NCBI RefSeq assembly: GCF_000143415.4
Contig: NW_003314302.1
Span: 211,810 to 260,449 of the forward strand
Length of the DNA stretch: 48,640 nucleotides
Reading direction: 5' to 3'
Source: Selaginella moellendorffii
Lineage: Eukaryota; Plantae; Lycopodiophyta
The translations under genes were made by a program, and so were the position numbers. Shown here piece by piece: positions 37,329 to 48,640 of the stretch. The first letter of the stretch is position 1. Every line of letters starts with the position of its first letter. A model generated the notes under the pieces. That model saw only the letters and a list, made by a program, of their open reading frames with translations, ran no database searches and was not told where the DNA came from.

Positions 37329-38066
37329 ATGATGGCTCTCAAGCGCAAAGCGGGCGAGGATGAAGCGTGCATCGCGAACAAGAAGGTGTGTGGTGGTGTA
37401 GGAGTCAGATTAGGAAAGCCATGGCAGAAATGGGCCATTACCATTTGTACTCGTGAGCGAGGACTTGATGAAATAAAAGCATCTTCTCCTTGGAATGTAT
37501 TCACTGATGGATCCTTCGATAAAGAGTCGCTCTCGGCAGGGTACGGCGTCTACTTCCCGTCGGCAGAGGAGTCCCACAAAGGGACGGGCATGGCGGTGCA
37601 AGTCCCGCAGGAGAACGGCTGGTGCAAAAACGGGAACCCTATCGTCGACAGCCTCATCGTGTCTTCGCTCAACATGGAGCTTCTTGCGATACACGACTCC
37701 ATCGCGGCAGTGCAGCTGTACAAGGCTCAAGGTTACTGGCAGTCCAACAAGCTGAATATCTACACGGACAGTTTGCAGTCGCTGAAGCTGTTGCAGTTTG
37801 CGCAGTGCCGGCCTGAGCACCCCGACTGCATCCAGCTCAAGCCGCTCCTGCAGTGCATCGTTGGTGCGGCAGCAAAGAGCGGGATGGAGATCCGGCTGTG
37901 CAAAGTCAAGGCGCACGACAAGGTATATGAGAATAATGTAGCGGACGGGCTCGCCAAGAGAGGGCGCCAACTCGAGGGGCGGAAGATCCAATGGTTCCAC
38001 GTAGAAAGGTCTGCTAAGTCGACCAGCGATTGTGAAATTGTGAAATATAGTGAGATTAAAGTGTGA
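37329..38066 (+). CDS. Stand-alone ribonuclease H protein, 245 aa, copy 3
   Basis: Intact ORF, catalytic residues unchanged; 4 aa differences from copy 2. Confidence 0.9.
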   Translation: MMALKRKAGEDEACIANKKVCGGVGVRLGKPWQKWAITICTRERGLDEIKASSPWNVFTDGSFDKESLSAGYGVYFPSAEESHKGTGMAVQVPQENGWCKNGNPIVDSLIVSSLNMELLAIHDSIAAVQLYKAQGYWQSNKLNIYTDSLQSLKLLQFAQCRPEHPDCIQLKPLLQCIVGAAAKSGMEIRLCKVKAHDKVYENNVADGLAKRGRQLEGRKIQWFHVERSAKSTSDCEIVKYSEIKV

Positions 38067-38332
38067 TACATTAATAGCTATTTCTCTCCCTTTTTCTTGA
38101 AAAGGCTTGTTAACTACCAAAGTCTATCAAATAACAGTTAATTTTAAATTGCGAGAAAAATATTTAGCCTGCAGGTTTCAGCTTTCATTTTATCCTGAAT
38201 TTTGTTAGATCAATTTGGAGGAGGTAAATAAATAACAAAGTTTTTGTTGTAAATTATTTATAAATTAATAACTATTTCTTTCCCTTTTTTGTGAAAAGGT
38301 TACCAAACAACAGTTAACTTTCAATTGCGAAT

Positions 38333-38382
38333 TGGCCCATGCAGGTTTCGAACCTGTGTATTAGCACCACACTGAATAGGCC
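38333..38382 (-). pseudogene. tRNA-Ile remnant with two deletions
   Basis: Shares the 10-nt deletion of 18231-18294. Confidence 0.78.
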
Positions 38383-38445
38383 TTAAACAATCAAGGATGA
38401 TTGGAATGGAATCAGATTTAGAATTTAAGAACGCAAGGTAATCAG

Positions 38446-38507
38446 CGCGCTGGACAGGGTTCGAACCTGTGACTTTCTGCTCAGGAAACAGACGCTCTAT
38501 CCACTGC
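38446..38507 (-). pseudogene. 5'-deleted tRNA-Arg remnant (anticodon CCT)
   Basis: cagtggatagagcgtctgttTCCTGAgcagaaagtcacaggttcgaaccctgtccagcgcg on the minus strand. Confidence 0.8.
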
Positions 38508-38618
38508 TTTACACGTCATTTATTTGTTAGATTTTCATTTAGTTAACACGAAGAGCAAAAGATACAGAAATACCCGGGCTTGGGATCCAGAAATTACGGT
38601 ACAAACTCTCAACAATAC

Positions 38619-39812
38619 CTATTGGAGGAAGCAAAGTCCATGGCTGCTCGGGCCTTGGCTCTGCTTAAGTTGATGCCCATTAAGTGGACCCTTGTCCTCG
38701 GTTATAATCTCGATGTCTCTCATGTCTCTCTTGAGCACACTAGCGAGACGTGATATAGCTTCAGTTTGCTTGCGTAGAACCTGGAATACGAGAGCTACCA
38801 TTGGAAACAAAAGGCTGCATCTCGTGAATGTCAGTCAAGCTTTGCTTGTCGAGTTGGCCTGGTAGAAATGATGCATTTCCTATGCCTGCATGCAGGTGTG
38901 AAATCGACAAGACTGAGTCCACTTTCCTTGGAAGCTCTGTCGTTGGCTGGAGCTGAGAAAGTAAAAGTCACTCTTAAGTCCCTACGTCGTATCAAAGAAA
39001 GACTTACTTGTCGTGCCAGAGTTCGTAACTTTTCTCCCAGAAGTGTTTCGGACCTTGTCAAAGGCATCCGTAAGCCCTTTGCTTCAAGCATTTTGATTAT
39101 CCTTGTAAGCTGGAAAAAGGAAAACAAGTTAGAAAACCCCCGCTCCTTGAGTCTTAACCTTTGGAGCCAAGATGATGTGATGACCTGGAAATGTCTTTGC
39201 AACTGTGAAAAAATGGGAGAGCTAAGATGCAAGGCACTGTGGCATCCAAAGCTCACCAGCTTCATGTTGCTTTCAGTAGCTTGCAGCCTGTTCATATCTG
39301 AAGAGATTGCCTCGTCTTGCAGCTGCCTTCCGACACATGTCAGCCTAAAAACGATTGTAACAGAAATTTCAACTCAAGGGAAATGTTACCTGAAGTCACT
39401 TCGAAAGGTCTTTGAATCCCAACAGCAGCTCGGGGTATAGCCGCTCCTGATCTTCAGTTCCTATTGTCTCAAGCTTGCTCATCACTTCCACCCACATGAT
39501 CTAGGAAAAAAGAGAAGCAAAAAGTTACGGATATACTCTAAATTATGATTCATCTTTACATCAGAAATGCCTGGAGGTTTGAATCACTGAGAAGCCTCCG
39601 TGACACTAAGAAAAAGATGCTGCATACAAAATGGTGGTAAGTCTCACAACATAATACACTTCTCTTATGCTGAATGTGTAACAAGAATTAGCAGGGTCCT
39701 CCCTATAGGCATCACAAATGCCTGTATAGAACCAGCAAGCACTAGTCAGAGTAAGAAGGTAGCTAAACCGAGTCTAATCCTTGCCTGGATTTCCCCCTCC
39801 AGAAGTTCCCAG
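38619..39812 (-). pseudogene. NUP54: Nucleoporin Nup54 pseudogene (intron-containing, 5' part not found)
   Basis: Exon peptides DAYREDPAN, HLFLSVTE..KPPGISD, IMWVEVMSKLE...ERLYPELLLGFKDLSK*LQ, LQRHFQ, LEAKGLRMPLT, VLRKQTEAISRLASVLKRDMRDIEI match plant Nup54 as I recall it; two TGA at Arg positions, a frameshift and a GT>AT donor. Confidence 0.82.
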
Positions 39813-40107
39813 TCCATGTCAGGCTGGTTCACCAGTGTACTGGGCCCGGCTGAGCACCTGGCCCATGTCAGGCCAGTTCGCTGGGGTACTAGGCATGGCT
39901 GAGTGCCTGGCCCACATCAGGCCAGGACAGTGTACCATGTGGGGGATGACACCATGGCCCCTGCACCCTGTGGTCCTAGCCCAGCTAGTGCACTGTGGGC
40001 CAGGCCGGATGCCTCACCCATTGGCGCCCATGCATGATGCACTAGTGAACTGTGGGTTGCAACATCGTGCGGGGTAGGGTGTGGTGGCTACGGCATTGTG
40101 TAGGGTG

Positions 40108-40523
40108 TGTTACACGTGATTATGGAATGAAATTTGAATATATTGTTACTATGGATCTTTAAAACCTTAGAGGATAAATATGGATAAAATAGCCCTTAAA
40201 AACTCTTTTATCAAGCAAATGCCCCTTTTCCAATTGGCTTAAGAGGAATTATTAATTTAGGAATTGAACCCATGCCATTTACTCTGATACTATATGTAAT
40301 GCATCCTCACATAGATGCCCAATATATATGATTTAGTAGGAATATACCTTGCTCAAGGGTATATTATATTTTAAGTACTTAGGTAAGTGTAACGCATATG
40401 ATCATGGAATGAGATTTGGATATATTGTCACTATAAAACCTTGGAACCTTATAGAATAAATGGGGATAAAATAACCATTGCTCTTTTATCAATTACCCTT
40501 TTTCCAATTGGTTACAAAGAGGA
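40108..40523. repeat. Two diverged ~140-bp direct repeats (40108-40247, 40388-40523) starting TGT, with a PBS-like ctctgatac between them: LTR remnants
   Basis: Visible direct similarity; motif at ~40282-40292. Confidence 0.5.
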
Positions 40524-40560
40524 GAAAAATAAAGTGTGTTATATAAATAGGGCATATAAG

Positions 40561-43078
40561 TGTAAGAAACTAAATTTTTACTTTAGTCACTTACCACCCC
40601 TTTGACCATTTGGAGGAGTCTTACTCACAACCTCTATAAGTCCTATTTCGGACTTTGGGCTTGCTAGCCCCGAGAATGGCATCCATGCCACTAAACCTTT
40701 GCATTTCATCCAAGTGCTTCTCGTGTTCGATTCCATGACCGACACCCAAATGTACCATTGATATATCAACCCATTACACTAAGGCTATGCCCATCCACTT
40801 TTGTCAAACTAGTGATCCATCACCACCTACATCATAGTCCTGTCTCTCAAAGATTAGGCCATCCGTCCATGAGTAGCATCCTTAAGATGCTTATAGACAT
40901 GGGGAATCACCTTCTTCAATATCCTTTTTTTGATCTTCACCAAGTCCCTTTTTGTCCATGGTTGTGTTCACTAACATTACCACTAGGTCCAGGCCCACAT
41001 GCCCAACCACTAAGTTCCACTACTTTGGGATTTCCTCACCATATGACCGTATCCTTGGTCACTACACTAGAGGACTGTAAGACATAAAATCCCTAGGCCC
41101 CAGAAAAGAGCCAAAAGGGTGCCACGTGGTAGTGGTTGAGACAGAAGCCAAATGAGGTAACACATATGGACTAAAAGCTCAATCGGGGGAAAAAATACCC
41201 CAGTTAAAGGTGTTAACTTAAAAAAGGGTCAAAGCATAGAGGCGTCCATGCATAATCACATACTTGTCAAGTGAGAGGATTTGGCAATATGGAAGAATTA
41301 GATTCTTAAGTTGTGATTTGTAATATGCTTTAAATATAAGTTGGTGCCCTAGCATGGGGAGTCACACCAGACATCCTGGGTGATGCCATCCATAGATGCA
41401 TATACAGAGGTTGGGTTTAAGTCCCAACCCTATAATGCTTGGGTTCAAATTCTAATTCACTAAAGCATGGTGATGGTTTGGAATATGAGAACACTCATTT
41501 TTTAGTAGTTATAGATTCTTAGTGAGGAGACTTGTTTAGGCACACTACCAAGTGGGAGATGCCCCAAAGTTATGATGCACAGTTAAATTGGTTAGTGGGA
41601 AAGTTCAGCATATCTAACTTGAACACTTTGGTGCAAGTGGCGCCAAAGATGTGGTGAATGAGATGGGGACACCCAATCTCAATTGTGATGGACCCTTGGC
41701 CGAAAAGGTTAGCTTGGGCACATTGCTAAGTATAGAGGATGCCCACAGGGTCATGGTCAACAACTTAAAAGTCTGGAAAATATTGGCAAACCTATTAAGG
41801 TTAGATCACTAAGTGATCTTATGGTCAAGCAAGGACGAGGTACTTGTGAGGTTAAGGAATAAAGTTCTTAGTTCAAAGTGTTGATTTAACTGTTAGTAAT
41901 GGTGTGACTTAGTCAAAGTGACTAAGTGGGAAGGATTTCTAAAAGGAAATTAGTGATGTTAATGCAATGGTATAGTGAGTCCAAGAAAATAGTCTCTAAA
42001 AAAGACATATGAGAGGGTTGCAAAGTTAGGGCATAGAGAGAAGCCATAGTAGAAAATGCTAAGAGATTATTAAGGGTAACCACCCTTTGGAATTAGCAAA
42101 ATAGACCCTTTCCCATGGAACTGAAAGACTACCTCGAAGATGGAGATAGTGATTTTATGTTGCTTGGTGCAATAATCAATGGATAAGAGCAAAATACTAA
42201 TGGCCAAGTTTGGGCCATGGAATTTGTTGGAAAGAATCTAAATAGCAACGTTAGGTGAAGAACACTAATGTGTTAAATAATAACGAATTGTGGGAAAGGG
42301 ACTGTGTTTCTAATTATGGATTCCCAAATGCTCTAATTTAACAAAGGTAAAAGTTTCAAGGGAGGGAGTAGTAAGGTAGCCAAATGATAGGGTCATAGAT
42401 AGCTTTAGCACAACTTATGATAACTGAAACTTGGTGCCAAATGTGGCATGAAATAAAAAAGAGGATGATGGTGCTCTCAAGTAGAGAACTTCTTAAGATT
42501 GGGAAATGGAGTGTATGCAATATGTGTAATAAAAGGTGTTAGAGACACCCAAAAAATTGACTTTAAGAAGTCAAGATTAAAAATTCCAAAGTGGAATGGT
42601 TATCAATAAAAGTTGAGATTACTCGAGAATGAGTAATGGGATTAAGATAGAGAAAATGTCTTTAATAGGTTTAGCGAGAACTAAACCAACAAAAGAGAGA
42701 GAACCACCATAGATGGTTGAATGAGTTTCTATGTTGGAAAGACTATGCTCCTTAGAGGATAGACAAGGCATGATGAGCTTTCGTTGTCAAACCATTAACG
42801 AATATTAGCTAGGTGCCAAGGATAGAAAAGATAATACATACTAGTGTTACTTTATAAAATGGTTTATTGTTCAATGAGGATATTAAACTTCATTTATGGG
42901 TGGTGGAGTTGTGAGACACAAATCACAAATTCCCAGTGCCACGTGGTAGTGGCCGAAGTGGAAGCCAAACAAGAATAACACGTTTAGACTAAAAGATGTA
43001 ACTTGAAAAGTCAAGAGCAGAAGAGGAACTTTTAATGAAGTGCTCACAGAATGAGCACGAAGCGAGCAATAAGTGAGC
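40561..43078. mobile_element. Older rearranged family-B remnants: LTR piece 40561-41076, then oppositely oriented LTR start (41076-~41185), internal piece, PPT and LTR start (42910-43078)
   Basis: Similar to 22663-23208 (direct) and to 24320-26190 (inverted); gggtggtggagt|tgtgagacaca at 42898-42920. Confidence 0.82.
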
Positions 43079-43859
43079 TGGCATACCATGGGTTATGGTG
43101 TTGTGTGGGGCAAGGTGCGAAGGCTATGGGCAAGGCATGTGGAGGCACTCGGCCTGGTCCATATGGTGCAGCATGGTGCTCAACTTTGCTTGTATGGCAC
43201 AGTGTAATGCTTAGTCCGGCCTACATGTTCTGGCCTACACGTGGTCCTAACTAGTGTGGCCCACATTGCACACCAAGGCTCTTGGCCTGGCCAATGTGGT
43301 GCAGCCCAGTTCACGTGGCAAGTGTGGAGGTAGTGGTGTGGTGGTATGGAGGCCAATGCGACATGCAGTCTAGTTTGCATGGCGATCATGGAGGTGTTGT
43401 TGAGCAATCAACACTATGAGGGAGAGAAGGAGAAAGAAATGACTTACTCTTGATGGCATTATTCTTAATATCGACAAATCCCATTGAGTCGCTCCCAATC
43501 TCCCACTCTACTTTCTGATGCTGGCAGCTGCCCTAACTCTAACCTAACTTTCATTACAGCCATTTATTGTGGATGGAGTAAATCTCATATGTCCATTTCT
43601 TTATACAATTATTTGCTAGCAATCTACAATTTCTACTCCGTTCTAGATTTAATCATGTGACAAAACTCCTTTTGAGTTATAACCTAATATGACTATGCTA
43701 TAATGTGGAAATAATGTGACAGCCACATATGTGGAATTGATCACAATATGAAATTATAAATAAGAATTATGTGTTTTCTTGCACATCATAGAATCTTGTC
43801 ATAAATATAAGGTTCTTAAAATCATAAATTTATATAATGTTTTTGCTTATTTTACATAT

Positions 43860-44558
43860 TTGTATTATTCTCGTCCTATAAAGATGTTATTTCCAAAGTA
43901 ATATGACAGATAATTTACTATAGATGATAGATGATAGTACATATATGGAATATATTAAAATGATTTCAGAAGAATGTGATGATTTTTGGCTTTAATAAAG
44001 TACTAAAAATATGTACAATATTTAATTTGTTTGGCAACAGTTGATCACATGTTTCTTTTGCACCTCGTGATAATCCTATGCTTGTATACTAGCTCCATAA
44101 GTCTGTTATCTGGAAGATCAATAAGGTCTAGCAAGACATAATGAATAGAAGTCATGGGTGTGTTCTCACTAGAAGCTATATACGTGTTCTTGTTCAAGAC
44201 CTAGAATAATATCATTCTTATTTTTCACATTATGGAGTATGTTTGAGGTGATATTTCTTTCTATTATGCCGAAAGGTAGTTTATATACTAACTTTGAGCA
44301 TGTTTTTGAATTTGATGTATACAGACTTTTAATATTGTACAACATAGTCCTCTATACTTTATATAGACCTTATTATAACAGCATTAATCAATGATAGATC
44401 CTAGAATAAAAACACCATTACTTTTCACATAATGGCATATTAGTAATGGCACATGTTTGAGGTGACATTTTTTTTTGTTCTAGCTCTAAATACTCTACAT
44501 GATAACTTTGAGCATGTTTTTGAATCCAATATAAAGATTCAAAGATAATATAGACTTT
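43860..44558. repeat. Diverged copy of the AT-rich repeat found downstream of the cassette, lacking the foldback insertion
   Basis: Inverted similarity to 9159-9184 plus 9697-10240. Confidence 0.78.
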
Positions 44559-44807
44559 TGTAGCACACGTGGTTTTGACCCTTTATCCTATGGTGATTTA
44601 CCATAGGATAACACCACGAAGCAGAACCTAAACCCTCTTTGTGCCATGTGACAAATGCCACGTGTCACATACCACGTGTCCATGCCATGTGTCCATAAGA
44701 ACCCGAGGTTCAGGGCCTTGGGCCACTGAACGAAGGAACGGTGCCAAACTCCCAAGCGTGATGCCAAGGAGTGATAGAACCGGACCACGGAGCAACTCCC
44801 GAGCATA
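44559..44807 (-). mobile_element. Family-A LTR fragment
   Basis: Direct similarity to 2154-2401 and 7758-8005. Confidence 0.88.
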
Positions 44808-44809
44808 TT

Positions 44810-45454
44810 TGCGATTGCCATAAGCTGCTGATGCTAGGTTATAGGATTAGTATTTGACGAGCATTCTTCCATTTATCCGAGCAAAGTGTGATGAACACTT
44901 AAGCCGCATATAAGTGGGACAATAACAACATTACAACTCCCATCATTGTTCACTTGCAAAGTACAAAGTGGATGAGTTTGTGTTAATCCATTTTCCCTAT
45001 CTTACAGTACATAGTTTATCTAAGGGGCTCCTTGCTCAGTGGAAAGGACCGTATTAGGTGTTGCAGCAAATTGGACTTCAAGTTTATAAGGTTTGGCTTG
45101 ACATCCAGTAGGCTAATCCTCCTGAAATTGTGCATGTGCAACGGTTGAAATGCTTCATACAAAGGGATCAGGAACAATTAATACCACCTACAAATTTGCC
45201 AATGCCTCCTCTTGACGTTCCTTCAGATCCTAGCGCATCTATAAGAGAAGCTTGATAGTCTTCCATTATTCCTAGAGGAAGGGATGATGTGAGGTCCAAG
45301 TGTATAGCTACGATGCTATATACTAATATTAGCATAGTGGGATTTTAGTAGCCGTTGGATTGGTTACCATTCGCTCCTATATATAAGTTAAGGTTTTTGG
45401 GATAATTGATATACACATTTTCTGTATTCCCTTTCCATATTCCATGCACTCACA
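44810..45454 (+). mobile_element. Ty3/gypsy 3' fragment: integrase GPY/F tail, PPT and short LTR (45288-45454)
   Basis: AQWKGPY*VLQQIG..VYKV...IVHVQRLK; agaggaagggatga precedes TGTGAG...CTCACA, which contains TATATAA. Confidence 0.75.
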
Positions 45455-46105
45455 TCTATTATGGCATATAATTAATATTTAAATTATTAAAACAATTTTT
45501 CTTTAGAACATTTTTATTTATTTAATGTGTAAAAAGTTATGAAATTATTAGATTCACCATAACCTTAATATTTAAAAGTTTATAATATTTATATTAACTT
45601 ACAATTCAAAACTAAACTCAACTCTTTAGCTCGTAAGCTCAAGAATGGTCCGCACTCATAGATGAGCAGTAGAGGCTACACCTCTACAATCTCTACCAAC
45701 TAATTGGAAGAATGCAATTGAAAATTTACTTCTCCAACCAAAGATAACTTAGGAAGATGATATAAGGAATCTTTGCAATATTGAGGTCATACAAAGTGAG
45801 AGAGTGGAAATGCCATAAGCTATGTATGCTTCACAAACTCTTGGTGATGCCAAGGTGGCAAAACCACATGCAGCTGCAAATGCCTAGAAAGGGCAAAATT
45901 CTGTGGCATTTAGGCATGCTAAGCCTAGACTTGCCAAGAATCAATGTGTTACTGCGTGGAGGTGGGTGATTGGGCTCAAGATTGCACTACTCCGAAGCTT
46001 GTCAAGTGACTAGCTACGACGGCAAAGACCAATCTGTTCAAGAGTGATGGAATTACTATAGTAAATGAAGTTGGCAAAGAGTTTTACAATATATAGGCAA
46101 TGCAA

Positions 46106-46205
46106 NNNNNNNNNNNNNNNNNNNNNNNNNNNNNNNNNNNNNNNNNNNNNNNNNNNNNNNNNNNNNNNNNNNNNNNNNNNNNNNNNNNNNNNNNNNNNNN
46201 NNNNN
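46106..46205. other. Assembly gap (100 N)
   Basis: Run of N. Confidence 1.
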
Positions 46206-46456
46206 ACTTGATCATGAGAGGACCATGATATTCAATGGTGCCATGCATGTCTCCACCTTGTGACAAAACTTAATATCTGTCGCTAAGATATGTGATCAAG
46301 ATGCAATGGTAGTCTTTGATGCAAAAGAAGTCTCTTTGGTTGACTCTAGTGACTTTCATATGCTTGGTACACAATTGCATCATGGGCCACTCATTGAGGA
46401 CTTATACAAAATCACTACTGCCAACTAGGTTCAAGCCTTTCAAACCATGGAGGTAG

Positions 46457-46649
46457 TGTAAACTCCTGAGTTTAGACTTCTCAGGAGGTCACCCAGCCTA
46501 GTACTATTTTAACCCAATGATGCTTAACCCAAATATCCCAAGACCCTTAACTAATTAGAAAAGGGGGTGCATTCTTGTTCATGGGCCCTTTCCCTCTATA
46601 TTTGAACCCCATGGACTGTCTCTCAAGTCGTTCTCTTTAGTTGCTTACA
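46457..46649. mobile_element. Solo LTR, 193 bp, TSD GGTAG
   Basis: TGTAA...TTACA flanked by GGTAG on both sides; empty site at 32884-32888. Confidence 0.88.
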
Positions 46650-46908
46650 GGTAGATTCTAGTGTAGAGCTCTGGCACAAGAGACTTAGTCATATGCATTA
46701 CCAATTTTTTCAATAAATGAAATCCCAAGATATTGTTACTGAATTGGACTTTCGACATATTTACATTTTGTGAAGTTTGTGTTCTAACAAGCATCACCAC
46801 CAAAATTTCTCACCAAGAAAGCATCAAGCAATTGGACTTTTAAACTTGGTCCATTCTAATCTTTGTGTCCCTATGGACATGCCAAGCCATGATGGTACAA
46901 AATATTTT

Positions 46909-47056
46909 TATTGAAAACTAAGGAAGAAGAGAAAAACTCTATTACTCAGATATCATCATTGCTATATATGCACAGGTGAGAGTCGTGATCTCTAAATCCA
47001 CCACATCTCAGCCATACAGTGATCTCAGATGTACTACATCCTCACACCCCCACTCA
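46909..47056 (-). mobile_element. Probable short LTR plus PPT fragment inserted in the Copia copy
   Basis: Absent from the first Copia copy; gagtggggg|tgtgagg on the minus strand. Confidence 0.45.
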
Positions 47057-48640
47057 GCCGAGATCATGTTATGATGTAGGCATATGACTACAAGCCATAG
47101 CCCGTTACACCCTTTAGCAAAATGGTGTTGCAAAAAGGAAAAATCACACTCTTGTTAATATTGCTTGTGCTTTGTTAGCTAATGCACATCTTGATAAGAC
47201 ATTTTGGCAAAAGGCCATAGCCACAATAAGCCACAACAAAATCCTTCTTTCATTGCTGAAACTTAACTTGTTCTTTTGATCCCACTTATGGAAAATGGTC
47301 CATTTTTGCCTCTACCTTTAGATCCTATTCATGAGTTGCCACTAGAGATTCCACTAGGGAATCCTCCACTTCTAGATATGCCTGAATCAACTGATGCTCT
47401 CCTCCAGTTGAGGACAAGCCTCCGACACCTCCACCACCTTGTCAACATTATGGCATGCTTGATCCGATGCCAATTCTTGATCACCCCCAGGACATCAGCC
47501 CTTATTGAAAGTCCAGGAAAATGCTGAAGAAGATGCTACAAAGCTTAATGACTTTTGTGGCCTTATCATTGTTGGCATCCCCATGACCTATTATGAGGCT
47601 ATCTCAAGACCTGAGGCTCCATCTTGGATGGAAGCTATTGAGGAAGAAGTTAGTTCCATTCAGGTTAACAACACTTATGTTCTAGTGGATTCAGCACCAC
47701 CGAGACAACATGTTTTGGATCCAAAAGTATGGGAAAGATGGTCAAGTGGTATGTTATAAAGCACGATTTATTGTTCACAGATTTTAGTCCATGGGCTTGA
47801 CTATGATGAAACATTTTCAATGGCCAGCCTCCATACCCTTTTTGCACTTGCAAATGGCAAGTCCACCATATGGATGTCAAAACAGCATTCTTAAATAGGG
47901 ATTTGCAAGAGATCTTGGTTTTGAGGAGGAAAGCTTTATATGGCTTAAAATAGAGCTCCCTTGTTTAGTATCAAAAATTTGCCACCCTACATGCTCAGGG
48001 TTTTAGTTGCTAGCATGCTAATCACAATGTGTATGTGAATGGTCATGCTAAGAGCATGCTTATTGTGGCCCTCTACATTGATGATTTACTCATCATGGGT
48101 GATGACATCAATGCCATTGCTGCTCTAAAAGCTGCTCTCAACTAGCAATTCCAAATGAAGGACCTTGGCCAAGACTCTTACTTTCTTAGCTTTGAGGTCA
48201 CATGCAATCCTGAGTCTGGTGGCTATATGCTTAGCCAACTATATAAGATCAAAGTCTTCCTAGATCGTGATTGCCACCCCATCAAGACCCTGATAGTTGT
48301 TGGTGCTATTGACCTCATAGTTGAGTAGTCTAGTGAGCCTCTACCCACTAGGATTCCCTATTGGCATCTCATTAGTTGCCTCACATATTTGGCCATGATG
48401 ACTTGCCCGAACATCACATATGCAACTATTGCCTTGAGTCAGTGCAATACATCACCAACCATCATACATTAACAAGCTGCCAAGTATATTGTCAGATACC
48501 TCCTGGGCACTATAGACTGCAACATTGCTTATTTAGGGGGTGATGCATTATTGACATGTTACATGAATGCTAACTTTGTCAACAAAGGTCATCATTCAAC
48601 TTCTAGCATTTGCCTTTCCTTCTCAGGAGGTGCCATGGCA

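Larger units (their letters stand above)
45456..48640 (+). mobile_element. Second degenerate Ty1/copia copy with its upstream AT-rich flank (direct duplicate of ~31821-35065)
   Basis: Collinear similarity; LWHKRLSHMH, MDVKTAFLN, LYIDDLLI. Confidence 0.9.

Noticed and set aside
37410-38120. 236-aa antisense ORF (196 aa at 17314-17904)
   Set aside because: Shadow of the GC3-rich RNase H frame; broken in copy 1 by synonymous sense-strand changes
38868-39440. 190-aa plus-strand ORF
   Set aside because: Antisense to Nup54 exons, no independent support
39817-40100. GC-rich imperfect ~50-bp repeats (similar composition at 43080-43410) as a gene or the Nup54 5' end
   Set aside because: No FG-repeat coding signal or credible ORF; identity unresolved

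Overview
Land-plant nuclear DNA, repeat-rich. The 47-69 nt introns suggest a compact genome such as the lycophyte Selaginella (inference only). The core is a ~3 kb cassette [F-box <- tRNA-Ile | SAM-methyltransferase-like gene -> intronless stand-alone RNase H gene -> tRNA-Ile/tRNA-Arg remnants] present three times. Copies 1 (~10.3-13.4 kb) and 2 (~14.2-18.4 kb) form the centre of a large inverted duplication (~4.4-13.1 kb vs ~15.7-31.1 kb); copy 3 lies at ~35.5-38.5 kb. Only copy 2 keeps an intact F-box, tRNA-Ile and methyltransferase, but the 245-aa RNase H ORF, with a full D-E-D-H-D catalytic set, is intact in all three. The rest is nested transposons: an old LTR element with ATATT TSD, a young non-coding LTR element with CCAAT TSD and satellite-bearing LTRs, two degenerate Copia copies, a Gypsy 3' fragment, a solo LTR, a MITE and a TGT...ACA foldback element. 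There is also a Nup54 pseudogene and a 100-N assembly gap. All alignments and counts were made by eye.
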